Origin: Octopus sinensis
Lineage: Eukaryota
Reading direction: 5' to 3'
Length of the DNA: 64,000 bases
Assembly: GCF_006345805.1 (NCBI RefSeq)
Contig: NC_042999.1
Coordinates: forward strand, 80,228,001-80,292,000
A program made the position numbers and the translations under genes. The notes under the pieces were generated by a model, which was not told the origin of the DNA, made no database searches, and saw only the letters and a list, made by a program, of their open reading frames with translations. Each line of letters starts with the position of its first letter. The stretch's first letter is position 1. This document shows, in pieces, positions 41,623 through 55,490 of the stretch.

Positions 41623-42404
41623 TAATACTGATATTAATGTTAATGAAATGTGTGTATGTATGAGGTAGTGAAAATTTATACACAATAAATGCAGTAAAAC
41701 GCGTTCAAACACAACTCAAATCTGCATAAATACTCCAAAAGGTACACATACCTTAGCATATAGACGAACATAAATGCAGAAAGTTTAATTTAACCGACAC
41801 TACAGAGGTAGACAAAAAGTAGTGCAGCACCTGTAATTGTATGCGAGCGATATACCCCTCTGCCTGGATATCGAAACAGTAACGATTTTGGTCTAATGCC
41901 AAATCTGCAAATCAATAAATAAATAATACCCACTCTAATAAAGCTTAACTTTCTTACAAGTTAAGCTTCATTATTTCTTTTCCTTTCATAGCAAACTGGT
42001 CTTCTAAATCAGAAGAAAAAACAAAGAAGTTTAATCTCGAGGCTACTTGAATGAAATTGAATCGAAACACAAAATTTGGCTCTTTTCCAATAGTATTTTG
42101 ATCAATAGAAAGGATATATGTGTTGCTCTAGGGATATTTCTATGTCGAAGTGAACCAAAACTATTCTCTGACTCAACCAACCAGCACAACTAATTCCCGA
42201 TATAAAAGAAAATGAAAGAAAATAGCTGAATACAGCCAATATTATTTGTCATATAATTTCAATACTCTATGGAAAGACATTGCAAAACGCATGTTTGTAT
42301 ACTGATATGCATTTCACTCATTAGATGTGTTTGTTTATGTGTGTAAATATGTGTGTTTACATACACACATATAAACATACAAACGTACGACCATACACAC
42401 ATGC

Positions 42405-42520
<116 letters not shown>

Positions 42521-42603
42521 ATGTAATATATATAAGTATATGTATAAGTATATATACACAGATACATATTTACTCAAGCGTGAACAAGCACATACATGTA
42601 TAT

Positions 42604-42652
<49 letters not shown>

Positions 42653-42860
42653 TTTATTCACATGCACAAACATATGTATAAACGCTAGTTCGAATCTGTT
42701 GATTTCTCTCGGCGTTACTCCGATCGTATCGCTTCAGTGCATTGAATCGAGTCACAGAGAATTAATCCAAACGGTTGGAATTCGGAACCCGTTCTTTGTA
42801 TTACGTTGATTTTAATTCATTTATTTTTTGCTTTTTTTTTTATTATTCACGATTTTTCAG

Positions 42861-43072
42861 ATGGTAATAATGATGATACTGGCCTTGAGCACAAAGCATC
42901 ACAGGTTACAGAGTATTATGGCCTAGCAAATAATTATGCTCCTGAATATAACGTCATCAATACCATTCAACCAATGCTGACTAATGAAGAAACCAAAAGG
43001 GAACGTAATTGCGTGGCGAATCCTGACCAATCCTTTCACCATTATCGCATTAGGAAAACCATTTACTTTTAG
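42861..43072 (+). CDS. Candidate terminal host exon (unidentified)
   Basis: Long T-rich tract and tttttcag acceptor at 42860; phase-1 frame open for 70 codons (GNNDDTGLEHKASQVTEYYGLANNYAPEY...TIYF*); AATAAA at 43107 and 43111. Confidence 0.3.
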
Positions 43073-43149
43073 AAACTAGAAGGTGATACGTAATCATATT
43101 CAAAAGAATAAATAAAATATAATGTTGTCACACAGACACATACACGGCC

Positions 43150-43303
43150 ACGTGGTTGTGGTAACTAGCTTGCTTATCAACCGCATGGTTGATGGGCTCA
43201 GTCCCACTGCGTGGCACCTTGGGCAAGTGTCTTCTACTATAGCCTCGGGCCGACCAAAGCCTTGTGAGTGGATTTGGTAGACATAAACTGAAAGAAGACC
43301 GTC

Positions 43304-43336
<33 letters not shown>

Positions 43337-43434
43337 AAGTACTAGGCTTACAAAGACTCTTACAAGGGGTCGATTTGGTCGACTAAAAGTGGTGCTCCAG
43401 CATGACCGCAGTCAAATGACAGAAACAAGTAAAA

Positions 43435-43438
<4 letters not shown>
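43150..43438 (+). mobile_element. SINE-A with an internal deletion after the microsatellite
   Basis: Head and left half, (TA)n, then gaataagtactaggc...ggtgctccagcatg tail. Confidence 0.85.
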
Positions 43439-43528
<90 letters not shown>

Positions 43529-43554
43529 CACACACACACATACATAAAAGGTAC

Positions 43555-43835
43555 AGACCCCTTCGGCTACCAATGACTATGAGATGACACCTAGAAAGTT
43601 TCCTTCCGGAGAACACGCCCGGGCAAGGTTGTCTGCGGAAGACCAGCTGTCACCCATTGATATCATTCTTCCTCACTATACCATCGATGTTGTCCAAAGG
43701 ACAGACAAATGCCAATACTGAGTAAACTGGAGCAACATGAAATAAAGTGTATTCTTCAAGAACACAACAAGACCAGTCTGGGGATTCTAACTCAACCTCA
43801 CTATTGTAAGCCCGACGCTCTGACCACTTAGCCAT
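43555..43835 (-). mobile_element. SINE-C
   Basis: Reverse complement of the 29756-30085 family (agaccccttcgg...ctgaccacttagccat). Confidence 0.8.
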
Positions 43836-44369
43836 GAGATTTCACACACATACACACACACAAGCACACACACATGTATATACGTGTATACATCCTCGCA
43901 TATACACACACGCATACACGCACACATACACACATATACGTTCTTTGAAAAATTGCGCTGCAGCTGTCAACTCGTTACCAAATGCGTTGGGTTCGGCAGA
44001 TAAAACGACAGTTGTACCACTTCGAATATTTTAATAGAAAATAAAATTGAAATTCCAACGTATATAATTGTCAATATTACTAACTTTTCAGTAAAATAAC
44101 ATTCAAATCAATATTAACTTTACTAGCACACCGTGAAAAAACGTTTATCGGTATTTCGTCCGTCTTTTTTACCGAGTTGAGCAATGGGGTCGATGACTGC
44201 GACTTATCCTCTCCCCCTGATCTTGCTGATCATGTGCCAAAATCCGAAACCAATATTAACATTAGTAAGCATATTGTTCATTCAAGAGGAGTTTGTGCTT
44301 TTCAAGAAGGTTCTTGAGTCATATACTTGTTATTACACCTGAGTTTTGTAAGTTTGTAAAATGAAAATA

Positions 44370-44672
44370 TTGATTTCAAATTTTGGCAAGGATGCCAGCA
44401 AGTTCGGGGGAAAATGTAAATCGATTAATTCGACCCCAGAGCTCAATTGGCACTTATTTTATCCATCCCGAAGGGGTGAAAGATGAAGTCGACCTGAGTG
44501 GAATTTGAACTTAGAACGTAACGACGGACGCAATGCATTTTGCCCGGCACAATAACGATTCTTTCACCTCACCGCCTTATAGTAGAAGGCACTCGCCAAA
44601 GGTAACATACAATGGGAATGAACCCGGAAACATGTGGTTGGAAACAAATTTCTTACCACACAGCCACGCCTA
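44370..44672 (-). mobile_element. SINE-B (44370-44580) next to a SINE-A head (44585-44672)
   Basis: gtcgacctgagtggaatttgaacttagaacg and cttaccacacagccacgcct. Confidence 0.7.
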
Positions 44673-45480
44673 CATGGTAAAATGAAAATATTAAAAGCAT
44701 TTTATTACCGCATGTTACTAAATGATGCCTTAATGGGATCTGGTTGATTGTAAAACAACCACTGTAGTCTACATGTTCTTGTGTTATGGATTTGATATGT
44801 TGTTTAAAGTTTTCGAACATCAACTTTTCTATCATCACCATGCTGGATTTTTGTTTCCACTCAGCTAATTTTCTGTGTAAAATACAGATAATCAAATGAT
44901 TAAATAAATTTTTTCTACAGAAACATTTTTTAAGTGTATAAATAAATCCATTGTTCCTTCTTTATAAAACTCAGAATTATTAATGCATATTTTTTGCTTC
45001 GTTACTCTCATGACATATTATTTTCAAGACCAGACGCTATACATTTATCATTAGGAGAGGAACTCACCAGTCAAAGCTAACGACTCGACGGATAGAAAAA
45101 AACTATAGTCATTCGGCCCTTCTCTTGTTAAAATCAATGCGCTATATCTCCACTCGTGAAGTATAGCGTATTTATTTATAATCAGATGGACTCCGCAGTT
45201 ACAGTGAAAAGTTGGAACTAGACAGGAGTCGGGAGTTCGGTTCGTCTCATGTTTAAATAAGCAGAACATTGTTGCCGTTTGTTTTTTTTTTCTTTTAGTC
45301 TATATCCGTCTAAATTTAGGGACCTAAAATAGGCGTCCGAGCTGTGTCTTTCCAATCTCCTCACATTGAACGAAGTATTCTTCGGGCTATACGATCCAAT
45401 GTATACTAAATAATTTATAATTCGAAGTAGATATTTGACTGTTATTTCTCCCAAGTTACTCTTTCGAGTAATATAATACT

Positions 45481-45693
45481 CTTTTCTACTCTAGGCACAA
45501 GGTCCAAAGTTTTGGGGGATGAGGACCAGTCGATTAGATCCCAGTACACAACTGGTACTTAATTTATCGACCCCGAAAGGATGAGCGCCAAAGTCGACAT
45601 CGGCTGAATTTGAACTCAGAACGTAAAAACAGACGAAATACTTACTGCTAGACATTTCGCCTGGCGTGCTAACGATTCTGCCACCTCACTGCC
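45481..45693 (-). mobile_element. SINE-B (tail type 2) with TSD
   Basis: ttcgagtaatataatact duplicated at 45463-45480 and 45694-45711. Confidence 0.9.
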
Positions 45694-48309
45694 TTCGAGT
45701 AATATAATACTATAAACATCAATAGCACCAATGTAAAATTCTGAGTTCAAGCTCCCGCTGTGCAAACTGATAATCATCCCAAATTTTTGCTAGACTTATG
45801 GGAACAGAGCAGATGTTCTGTTTTGACAAGAGAACGGGATCGGAGGTTTGCAAGAGAATGGTCCCCATGCTAAAGGCTCCCAATATCCATGAGGTCACGT
45901 TAAACCAGCTTAAAAGATTACATCTGTAGCCAAAGAACAGATAAGGAACATACTCGTTAAATTTTGATGTTTCTGTTTATTTAATTTCACTCAAAAGACT
46001 TTGTAGACTCGACGTTATGGTAAAAGACTTTTGTCGAAAATTCCGGAAAAGCTAAGCAGGAAACAAGTATCTGAAAAATAAACGTATTAATCAAACAAGC
46101 ATGATTACATAATTTCACGAAGAATAGTTTTATTAGCTATGTCCCAGTTGATACCCATCGTGGTAACGTTGAATATCAATCAATTATATAATACCACTAA
46201 TAAGCAATTGTTAAGCACCAATAATAGAATAGAAATAAAAATTTGCCCATTCATAAGTTAAATGCAGTTATATCTGCTCACTAACATTTTGCTCCAGTAT
46301 GCTTTTTGTGAAAATAGATGCAAATATTTCCATAAAAAATAACTATTGTTTTATCAGGAAGACCAGCGTCATACATTTAATGGCTTAAACGTAGGATTAT
46401 AATCAGTTATACTGAAATTTGGAATTGGTTTTCCAGATCCATCCAGAACAAGAGGTTAAGTTTAACTCAGAAGAATTCGAATTCAGAAACTAAAGTGACG
46501 AACTACCAAATCTGTCAATTTTCTTCCTTAATTTCTAACATGGGCACAAGGCCAAACATTTAGGGGGAAAAGTAATGTTGATTGCATGAACATCAGTATT
46601 GCACTGGTACATACTTTAAAGACTCCAGAGGGATGAAATACAAAGTAGCCCTTGACAGGATTCGAGCCTCGAAAATAAAGTTAAGAAGCAACATTTTGGG
46701 AGGTATTTTGTCTAACGCTATACTTATTTTACAGTCTACACACTTTATGCCAAAGTAAATAGTAACAAATAAATTTGTTTCTCCAAACCTCTTTTCATAA
46801 ATTCATCGAAACATTCCACAGCATTATATATATATATATATGCATATTTATATATGTGTGTGTGTGTGTGTATATATAAAGATATGTAGAAACATACACA
46901 CCTGCATACACACATTCATACGTACACAGACAAACAGACATACGTACATTATTGTCGTAGCCTATCGTTTGCCGAGAGCAACAAGTAGAAGTGTTAAGGC
47001 TATCTCTGTTGATGATGGAGAAAACGAATAAAAAATCACCAAGTAAACAGAAGAAGGAGAAATAAACATACAAAAGAGCTCGCTAATAAAATATCTGGTG
47101 ATGCTCCAAATTTACTAAGTGCCTTAAGCTTATCTTCAGAAAACAATGCCCTAGACAAATGCACTTTATATTTTGCAAACAACCTGATCTGCTGGTAGTT
47201 AGGGGAAAAAGCCGAGAAATATTAGTGTGCTAAATATAGCTTCATTTCATGTTAAGGTACGATGCAAACAAGCAATACATAAAGTGGAAAAATAAAATAT
47301 ATAAGAAACGAAAAATCCTTATTTATTACAGAACGAGCGTTTGCATGAAAGTATGCGTCAGTATCTCTATTTGACTCTCTCACTCCTGTGTGTGTATGCG
47401 TATGTGTGTCTGTATATGTGTGATGGTAAAGTTTATTTCCTTTCTGCTAGAAATGTAGTGTATTCTAGCGTTGTTGTTGAAGAGATAACTCAGTAAATAA
47501 ATCCTTATTGATGCAAAGAGGCTGCAGCAGTGTTGGCTTAAAAAATACTCTATCTAGTTTCATGCAATACTCGAAATTGTTAATTCCTCCTCCACGTCTC
47601 TTCTTCTTCTTCTTCTTCTTCTTCGTCAGTTAATTCTTTTCTCACTTTCTACGATATTGACCTTCCGTTTCGACCTTGCATTTAATTAAAGACGCTATCG
47701 AAGGAGACTTTACATGGTCGCTCGATTTGGCAGAAATAGTTGCAGCCAAACCTGCTTGAAATCATTCGCTAACGTCATTTTAAACTGAAGGACACACTGA
47801 ATAATACAGCACTTGACAAACTGTGCCTTGAAAAGAAAAAGGGGCGCAATTGTCAATATCGGAAAACATTTGATCATGTTACGTTTATGTATTTGTTTCC
47901 AAGATTCTCTATGCGAAATCGTATGCTAAAAGAGATATTGTTATATTGCGGGAAGGTCACTTTTTTTACCTTTGCCAAATAGCTACTATGTGGTTATTTT
48001 GCAAACATTACCATCCCGAAATATTTGACGAAGTGTTTGATCAGTTTGGTTAAGTTAGAACTAGTTACAATCTCAGCGAATTGTAACATGTGAAATTCAG
48101 ATCAGTAGGAACTAAATACCTCTCTAAAATTCAAAATACCTTGATAATATAGTTATAGACACTCCAAGCCAATACGCAAAATAAAAACAAACAAACGTAA
48201 TGCATTGTTTACAGATGTAATTCCACGAATCTAAACTTCTTAGATCTAACGCAGACGAAGTTGTAAATGAAAAAAATCAACAGTATTATATTTGCATTTT
48301 AATACAAAG

Positions 48310-48573
48310 CGTGGAGGCGCAATGGCCCAGTGGTTAGGGCAGCGGACTCGCAGTCGGAGGATCGTGGTATCGATTCCCAGACCGGGCGTTGTGTGTGTTT
48401 ATTGAGCGAAAACACCTGGTGGTGACCCCTGTTGTACTCTTTCGCCACAACTTTCTCTCTCTCTTCCTGTTTCTTAAGTAACGCTGCGATGGACTGGCGT
48501 CCCGTCCAGCTTTGGGGGAACACATACGCCACAGAAACCGGGCCCATGAGCCTGGCTAGGCTTCAAAAGGGCG
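48310..48573 (+). mobile_element. tRNA-headed SINE with a V-SINE-like domain
   Basis: tggcccagtggttaggg A-box, tcgattccc B-box, and ctgcgatggactggcgtcccgtccag (48484-48509), the motif I recognise from the V-SINE central domain; degenerate relatives near 49705-49920 and 56345-56575. Confidence 0.7.
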
Positions 48574-49316
48574 ACGGTTATCGTTCTTTCTTTTTATACA
48601 AAGCGGTAAGATCAGACCATTGATGAAAGCAACGGTGGCAGTGGACAACTAACGAGTGTTTATTAGTTTGCGGTTCTGAGGTTGGCTGTTTCATTAGGTT
48701 GGTCGGGCGTTTTTATTGAATCAGAATATATGTTCAAGTGAACTACATCAGCAGCTCCATGACTGGCCCTTACGAAAAAAATGATATAAATAATATCGAC
48801 TTTAGTTGGTGATTATACTAATCACTGATTCAATACTAAATTGATGAGGAACTAAATCAAAAGGACTTTAATGAAAAATCAAAAAGTCGTCGTAGATTCG
48901 TTTAGTATTGAACTTACATCAGCAGAATCTATCAGCTCACTGCTTAAACAAAAATAAAAACAGTACTTTTTTTTTTGATGTGCAAGAGGGCAATTTCTCC
49001 TACTGGATGAACATATACAAGTGAATCGATAAGCTTTCTTCCGCGTATTTATCTGCGTCGAACCCAGAGGGATGAAAGTTAAAATTAATCTAGATTGTAT
49101 TTGAAATTACTAACGGAGAACGTTGAAACTAAATGCATGGTATCAAGCTTCCATTATAAATGTGCTGCGTAATTAGGAATGATTAATTAAAGGAGTGTAA
49201 TTAAGAAAATGCAAATTAGAATTGTGTAATGAAGAATACAAAAGAAAATATACTCGGAAATCGTTAGTGAAATTAAGCAAATATGTTGCAATGATACAAC
49301 AGATCTTCCATATATA

Positions 49317-49372
<56 letters not shown>

Positions 49373-49397
49373 ATATATATGTATTTATATATATGTA

Positions 49398-49447
<50 letters not shown>

Positions 49448-50503
49448 ATATATATATATATTCACATAATATATATATATGTATATGTATATATTATGTA
49501 TGAACGTATATATCCGAATGTATATGTGTAGATTTTGTCGTTAAAAGGCTGGAAGTTTATGTGGTCACTGACTGTTCTTGATATTTGATCATCAAATCAA
49601 CCTAGCTGTAACCAGATTCCAGGAGATGCAGCCATTCATTACTATAAGCAGTGGTTTGAATGTAACACTAGATCCATCTTGTTGAGATATGTATGAAAGT
49701 TGTAGAGTTGAGTGGTCTAGTTGCTAGGGTGTTGCACTTATGATCTTAAGATTGTGATTTCGATTCCTGGAGCGGGCAATGCGTTAAATTCTTAAACAAA
49801 ATACTTCATTTTAGGTTTCTGCAGTCTCCTCAGTTAGCAAAAATTAGTAATATGGTGAAGTCTGGATAGGACTGGCAAGCCAGCGATAAATGGTGGGCCT
49901 GGCTAAGTAAACAAACAAACAGATAGGAACTTCTGGACTTAGCTACCTATAGGCTTACCCGGTGCCGGATATTTTTTTCCTTCTATAATTTTTCCCTTCT
50001 TTGGTAATTCGTAGGCTTTATAGTGCATTACTTAATTTGGCATGAGCAACTATTTCAAACTATACAACACTGAATGATGTATACTTGATATTAAGTCATT
50101 CATAGAAATCCTCGCTTTAAAGAACATACGTCACTCTGACGCTAAATAACATCCGGTTGATTCAATCTATAAGTTCTCAGTAGACGTTTTAGATAGTATA
50201 AATACATAATACCATATGGATTTGACTGTTGTAAATATTTTGTGGTTTTAATTATTTTCTTACTGCATTGAGTATTATAGGAAAAGCGCATGAAAAAGTG
50301 CTGCTTAATAGAATCATATGGAATCAAAAAGTGACATTCATATAGCTCTATCGGACAATCTAGAATTTTATTTCAGAGTATATTATTTATTTTGTGAACC
50401 ATTACCGACTTCATAATATCGTTATATTTTATCAACAGTTATGTTGTTCTCGGATACCAGACACTTAACCATCAGTCTGATCACATGGAAACATTGTCTA
50501 CGG

Positions 50504-50798
50504 CAGGAATTCTCAACCATTGTTTTTTTATGTACAGACATCTCTGATTACAATTTTATTCTGATGGACCCCACCATAGCCATTCGATGTTTAAGAACTA
50601 GTTTTATAGAAACTTCTTTCAAAATTCCTATTTTGTTTTTCACACACATTAACCTAAACAGAGACCTAATTGCTTCTTGCAATACGTACCACTAATATAT
50701 CTAAAGCAAACTTTTTTTCAGGGGCGCTTAAAGTGCTAGTTGATCCCCAATTTACTATTTTATTATGTGGACCCCAAAAATCTTACGTGGAATCACTG
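50504..50798. mobile_element. hAT-like MITE
   Basis: Ends caggaattctcaacc / ggaatcactg (degenerate TIR), internal ggacccc motifs near both ends, imperfect 8-bp flank repeat gtctacgg / gtctacaa. Confidence 0.45.
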
Positions 50799-51231
50799 GT
50801 CTACAACAGTAATTCTTGTACTGTAAAATAAACAGATGTTTCGTTAGTTCGCAGCTCTTAAAGTGTAATGAAAAGACATGTTACATTAATTCCATTGTTT
50901 TAACATCATAAATAACCGCAGGAAGAGTGAAGCGGCTGATTAAGGGGAAGCATTAAGGGTTAGCTAACATTATTCACCATTGTCTAAATAAGAAAGAACC
51001 TAACTGAATGTTTTAGTCTCTGTCTGCGGAATCATATTCATCGCCTTTGCTTGCTGAGATTTGACTAAGTAGTGTGTTATAAAGAATTGTTCATAAAAAT
51101 ATTGAGAGACGCTCGGAAATGAGTTTGAACCAAGAAAGTGTAGACAAACGAAATACCGTTAATTATTTTACCCAGCTCGCCGCCTTAATGATGATGATGG
51201 CGACGACGACGAGAACAACAACAACAACAAC

Positions 51232-51267
<36 letters not shown>

Positions 51268-51339
51268 TAATAATAATAATAGTAATAATACATATGACAA
51301 ACAGTAGTAACAAATGAAAATGATATCAGTAATGATGAT

Positions 51340-51910
51340 AATAATGAAACGAAGCAGTTGGAATCTCCCTATGCTCTGATGGATGATAAAAAAAATGGTA
51401 ATTGCGCAACCTGATAATCGCTACCTCATATGAGTGACAATGAAAAAACAAAATATTGTGAATAACGGTGGTAATGAAACTAAAGCCATTCATGGTGACA
51501 GTGTTACACACGGTAAGCTCAGAAACAGTGGTCCGACTCCAGCCTGTTGTTATCCAAAAAGGGACAAGCACAAACGGCGTAGATAGAACAAACAAGTCAA
51601 TGCTGTGGTCATGGAGTGTTACAATCTGAGTAACCCCGAAACCAAAAACGGGGGTTATCTTAGGTGATACCGATAACGTATGTACCAAAATTTATTGGAG
51701 CCCTGGGAACAGTGAGTAAAACTCTTGTGAAGTACATGGAACAAATAAGGGCTGCAATAAGGTCTTACCACTTGCAGAAAACAGCACTTCTTGGAACTGC
51801 TCGAATACTCCGGATGGTGCTCGAAAAATAAAGGATGCTACCTTAGTTCACTGGTAGTGAACAGCTGGTACTGTAATACATCTCCAATGTTAGAAACTGT
51901 GCAAAGACAA
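51340..51910 (+). mobile_element. Internally deleted R4/Dong family-A derivative
   Basis: N-terminal KHKRRR*NKQVNAVVMECYNLSNP...GY..R.RMYQ joined at ~51685 to the C-terminal IGALGTVSK...LQKTALLGTARILRMVLEK* and 3' UTR; (AAT)n on both sides. Confidence 0.7.
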
Positions 51911-51912
51911 TA

Positions 51913-51969
<57 letters not shown>

Positions 51970-51970
<1 letters not shown>

Positions 51971-52513
51971 GTACCAGGCAGTGGCTCTCATGGCTTCTGA
52001 TCTTAACTGATTGGAAGTGTTATCATGTACATTGTTTTGTCTTGGTATAAAAGATGGGCTACAGCAAATATTCTGCTCAATACCACAGATTTGCTTGTCA
52101 GTTGTTTGACCTTAACCAGTTGAGCATGTCCCTTAGTGGCTGACAATATGTGCATCTCTGATCACGAGCAGAAGTAGTGGGGGAGCCTCATAGCCATGTG
52201 TTGAGAGGGATTCTTTGGGGTTTGAATAGTTCACCACTGGAAACATGGGTGGTTCTTTCAACATCCTTAAACAACCCTTATTCAGGGACCGTTTGAGCGG
52301 GATGGGCTACTCAACTTGAAGAAAATTCTAACTGGGCCCCACCTGCAAGGTCATGTGCTGTTTATCTTGATATGAGATCACAATGTCGCGCACATATGGT
52401 TGTGATGCATGTGCCTGGTGTACCCTTATCAGACGGGTAGTCATGATGGGTATACTGGGCTTCGTATATTTTACCCCAGTGTCACTTTGATGGCATGCTC
52501 TGCTCGCTCACTC
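51970..52513 (+). mobile_element. 544-bp non-coding (AAT)n-embedded element X
   Basis: agtaccaggcagtggctctc...ctcgctcactc between AAT repeats; near-identical to the 25646-26188 copy. Confidence 0.85.
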
Positions 52514-53239
52514 AATAATAATAATATATGGATTCGATTATTTCCAATATTTTGAACATCAGAAATAAGAACAGTACCAACTTGGTGTATAAAGGTATGC
52601 ATCATATTTCCTTTTCGTTATTATATGTCACAGAAATATATTCTTCGGCAAATTTTTTCATGGATTACGGTTCGCCTTGTATAATATCTATGATTAAGAG
52701 GGCTTTGTGAGAACCATGAATTTATAAACTGATAGCAGACCATAACTGATATATTATTGATTCAGTTAGTTGTACTTTAACTTATTAATGAAACTTATTT
52801 TATTCATTCTAAGATAGATGAAAAAAAAAATATCGACCACGGCGGATTTTAACTTCGAAAGTAGATAATTTGGTTTCATTTGATTTGGAACAAGACCAAA
52901 ATCTTCAGGTTTAGGGAATACCACCAATTGAATCGATTCCAGATTTTTATAAGTACATAATTTATCGACTAGAGAGAAATAGAAGATAAAACGCAGCGTT
53001 CCAGAATTTCAGCTGAGAACATAGTAATTTATTTTGTATTCTTTTTAATCAAGAGAAAAATGAGCAGTGGCCACAGTCACTGCATGCCCTAAAATACTAG
53101 AAGAAAATTAAGGTTAATGTATAAACTGAACCTTGATGTAACAGGTTTGACCTGAATGCTCAAAACAGTGGGCAGCTAAACAAATGACCTGGTGTAACTG
53201 TCGTTGTTGTATTCGTCGATCGGTCACAGATTCAAGCTT

Positions 53240-53633
53240 AGCAGGCTCAACCAGTAGTTCATTCCCTTAGTGGCTAACCATATGTGCATCTTTGCTCACA
53301 AGCAGGAGTAATGGGGAAGCATCATAGCCGCGTGTTGTGAGAAATGCTTTTGGAGTTTAAATAATTCACTCTTGGTAACATAACTGTGTCGTTAATCATC
53401 CTTAAACAAACCTTATTCAGGGGACTTTTAGATGGGATGGGCTTCTCTACCAGAAGAAAATTCGAACTGAGCCCCACTTGCAAAGTCATGCTCTGTCTAT
53501 CTTGATATGAGGTCACTTTGTTGCACGCATGAGGTTGTGGTGCATGCGCCTGGTGTACCCTTATCAGGCAGGTAGTAATGTTGGGTATATTGTGCTTCGT
53601 ATATTTGTATGTAAGCTTGTGCTGCTCTCTCTC
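53240..53633 (+). mobile_element. Element X, old 5'-truncated copy
   Basis: cccttagtggct...ccttattcagg...ggtgtacccttatcagg...ctctctctcaataat collinear with 52130-52520. Confidence 0.75.
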
Positions 53634-53640
53634 AATAATA

Positions 53641-54037
53641 ATCCTTTCTAATATAGGCGCAAGTCCTGAAATTTGGAGGAGGGGACTAGTCGATTACATC
53701 GACCCCAGTACGAAGCTGGTACTTAATTTATCGACCGCGAAAAGATGAAAGACAAAGTCGACCTCAGCGGAATTAGAACTCAGAACGTAAAGACAGACGA
53801 AATACCTATTTCTTTACTGCCCACAAGAGGCTAAACACAGAGAGGACAAACAAGGACAGATAAACGGATTAAGTCGATTATATCGACTCCAGTGCGCAAC
53901 TGGTACTTATTTAATCGACCACGAAAGGATAAAAGGCAAAGTCGACCACGGCGGAATTTGAACTCGGGGCGTAGCGGCAGACAAAATATCGCTTAGCATT
54001 TCACCCGGCGTGCTAACGTTTCTGCCAGCTTGCCGTC
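53641..54037 (-). mobile_element. SINE-B dimer (tail-1 copy followed by tail-2 copy)
   Basis: Minus-strand junction gggcagtaaagaaat|aggtatttcgtc at ~53807. Confidence 0.85.
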
Positions 54038-54047
54038 ATTCTCATTC

Positions 54048-54087
<40 letters not shown>

Positions 54088-54252
54088 GAGATAAATGGAT
54101 AAGAAACATACATATCTGTATACACACATACACACATGCATACATACATAAATACAGGCAGGCACGCATGCACACACACATACATACATGTATGCATACA
54201 TACATACATACATACATACATACGTACATACATACATACATTCATACATACA

Positions 54253-54285
<33 letters not shown>

Positions 54286-54867
54286 GCATAGACACATTTA
54301 TACATACAGGTACCTGTGTATGAGTATTTTATATTGAAGAGCGTAATGACTGAATGGAGGTAATTTTGGTTGTATTTCTAACAGGTATGGTAACCTGATA
54401 GATGCTCAGTTGTTGGTGTTGTTAAATATGGATGCCATGTTTATTTTAAAGTCAATGATAATTTCTGTTGCTGTTGGAAGAAAATAAGGGAGTTGGTATA
54501 ATTAACTGTATCAATAAAAATGCACGTCTCTCATTTTACCAACGCGGACAAAATGAAATCAAATATTGGAAGATAATCATCGTCTTCATCCTGCCACCAC
54601 TTCCACCTACACACACCGCTCGGTAAAAGTTGATATAATGATAAACGAAAATGAAAATTTCCATGAATTTCATGGTTTCATTGAAAGTCTTTTGTATAAT
54701 TAGGAATTCTTAATGAAGAATTCCTAATTAAAAATATGTAAATTAGGATTATGTAATTAAGAATGCAAAAGAAATAATATTTTCGGGAATTGGAGATAGT
54801 CGTTCAAGGTTCATGTGATGCATAGCTCCTTGATCTCTTACAATTTCCATCTCCATTTCTCTTACAT

Positions 54868-54883
54868 TCTTTCTTTCTTTCCT

Positions 54884-54960
<77 letters not shown>

Positions 54961-55000
54961 TTTCTTCTTTCCTTCCTTCTTTCTTTCTTTCTTTCTTTCA
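54868..55000. repeat. (TTTC)n
   Basis: Directly visible. Confidence 0.95.
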
Positions 55001-55289
55001 CTCCTTCTTTCTTTACATATACACATACATCGCCATATCATATTTCTGGCAACTACAATAGCATTGACTCAAACACCATATAGATATATTACTGTAAGCT
55101 CGTATTCATAGATGTTTGAATGAATATCTCAGACTGCTGGATCCTCAATTCTGAGAACACTAATCACATAGCAGAAACAGTTATAAGTTAATAAAAGTAA
55201 TTACGCAAACCTTGTTCATGTATCATCCTTCAGTTACTACTACTACTACTACTACTACTACTAATAATAATAATAATAATGATGATGTG

Positions 55290-55490
55290 ATAAAATCAAA
55301 CATTCAATGATGAGGGAAAAGATCAGAAAAGAATGCTATCACAGGGTAAGTGCAATACTCAAGACAGAGCTGAATGCAAGAAGCAACACTGAAGCGATCA
55401 ATACCTTAGCCATATCGGTCGTGACTTACAGTTTCAATATTATTATCTAGTCAATTGCTGAAATATGTAGTCTTGACAGAAAAATGAACC
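55290..55490 (+). mobile_element. R4/Dong family-B internal fragment
   Basis: IKHSMMREKIRKECYHRVSAILKTELNARSNTEAINTLAISVVTYSFNII. Confidence 0.75.

Noticed and set aside
45050-45454. Minus-strand VYIGSY...RRLERH and ILTRE...ESLA as a GIY-YIG relic
   Set aside because: Motif spacing is poor and no RT part is adjacent; too weak to call.
46960-47031. Short exon-like segments on both strands (AYRLPRATSRSVKAISVDDGENE* on plus; strong pyrimidine tract on minus)
   Set aside because: Mutually conflicting, short, and without recognisable homology.
52130-52260. CTGACAA/CTGACGA...GAAAC in element X as a hammerhead
   Set aside because: Stem I cannot form and the spacing is far too long.
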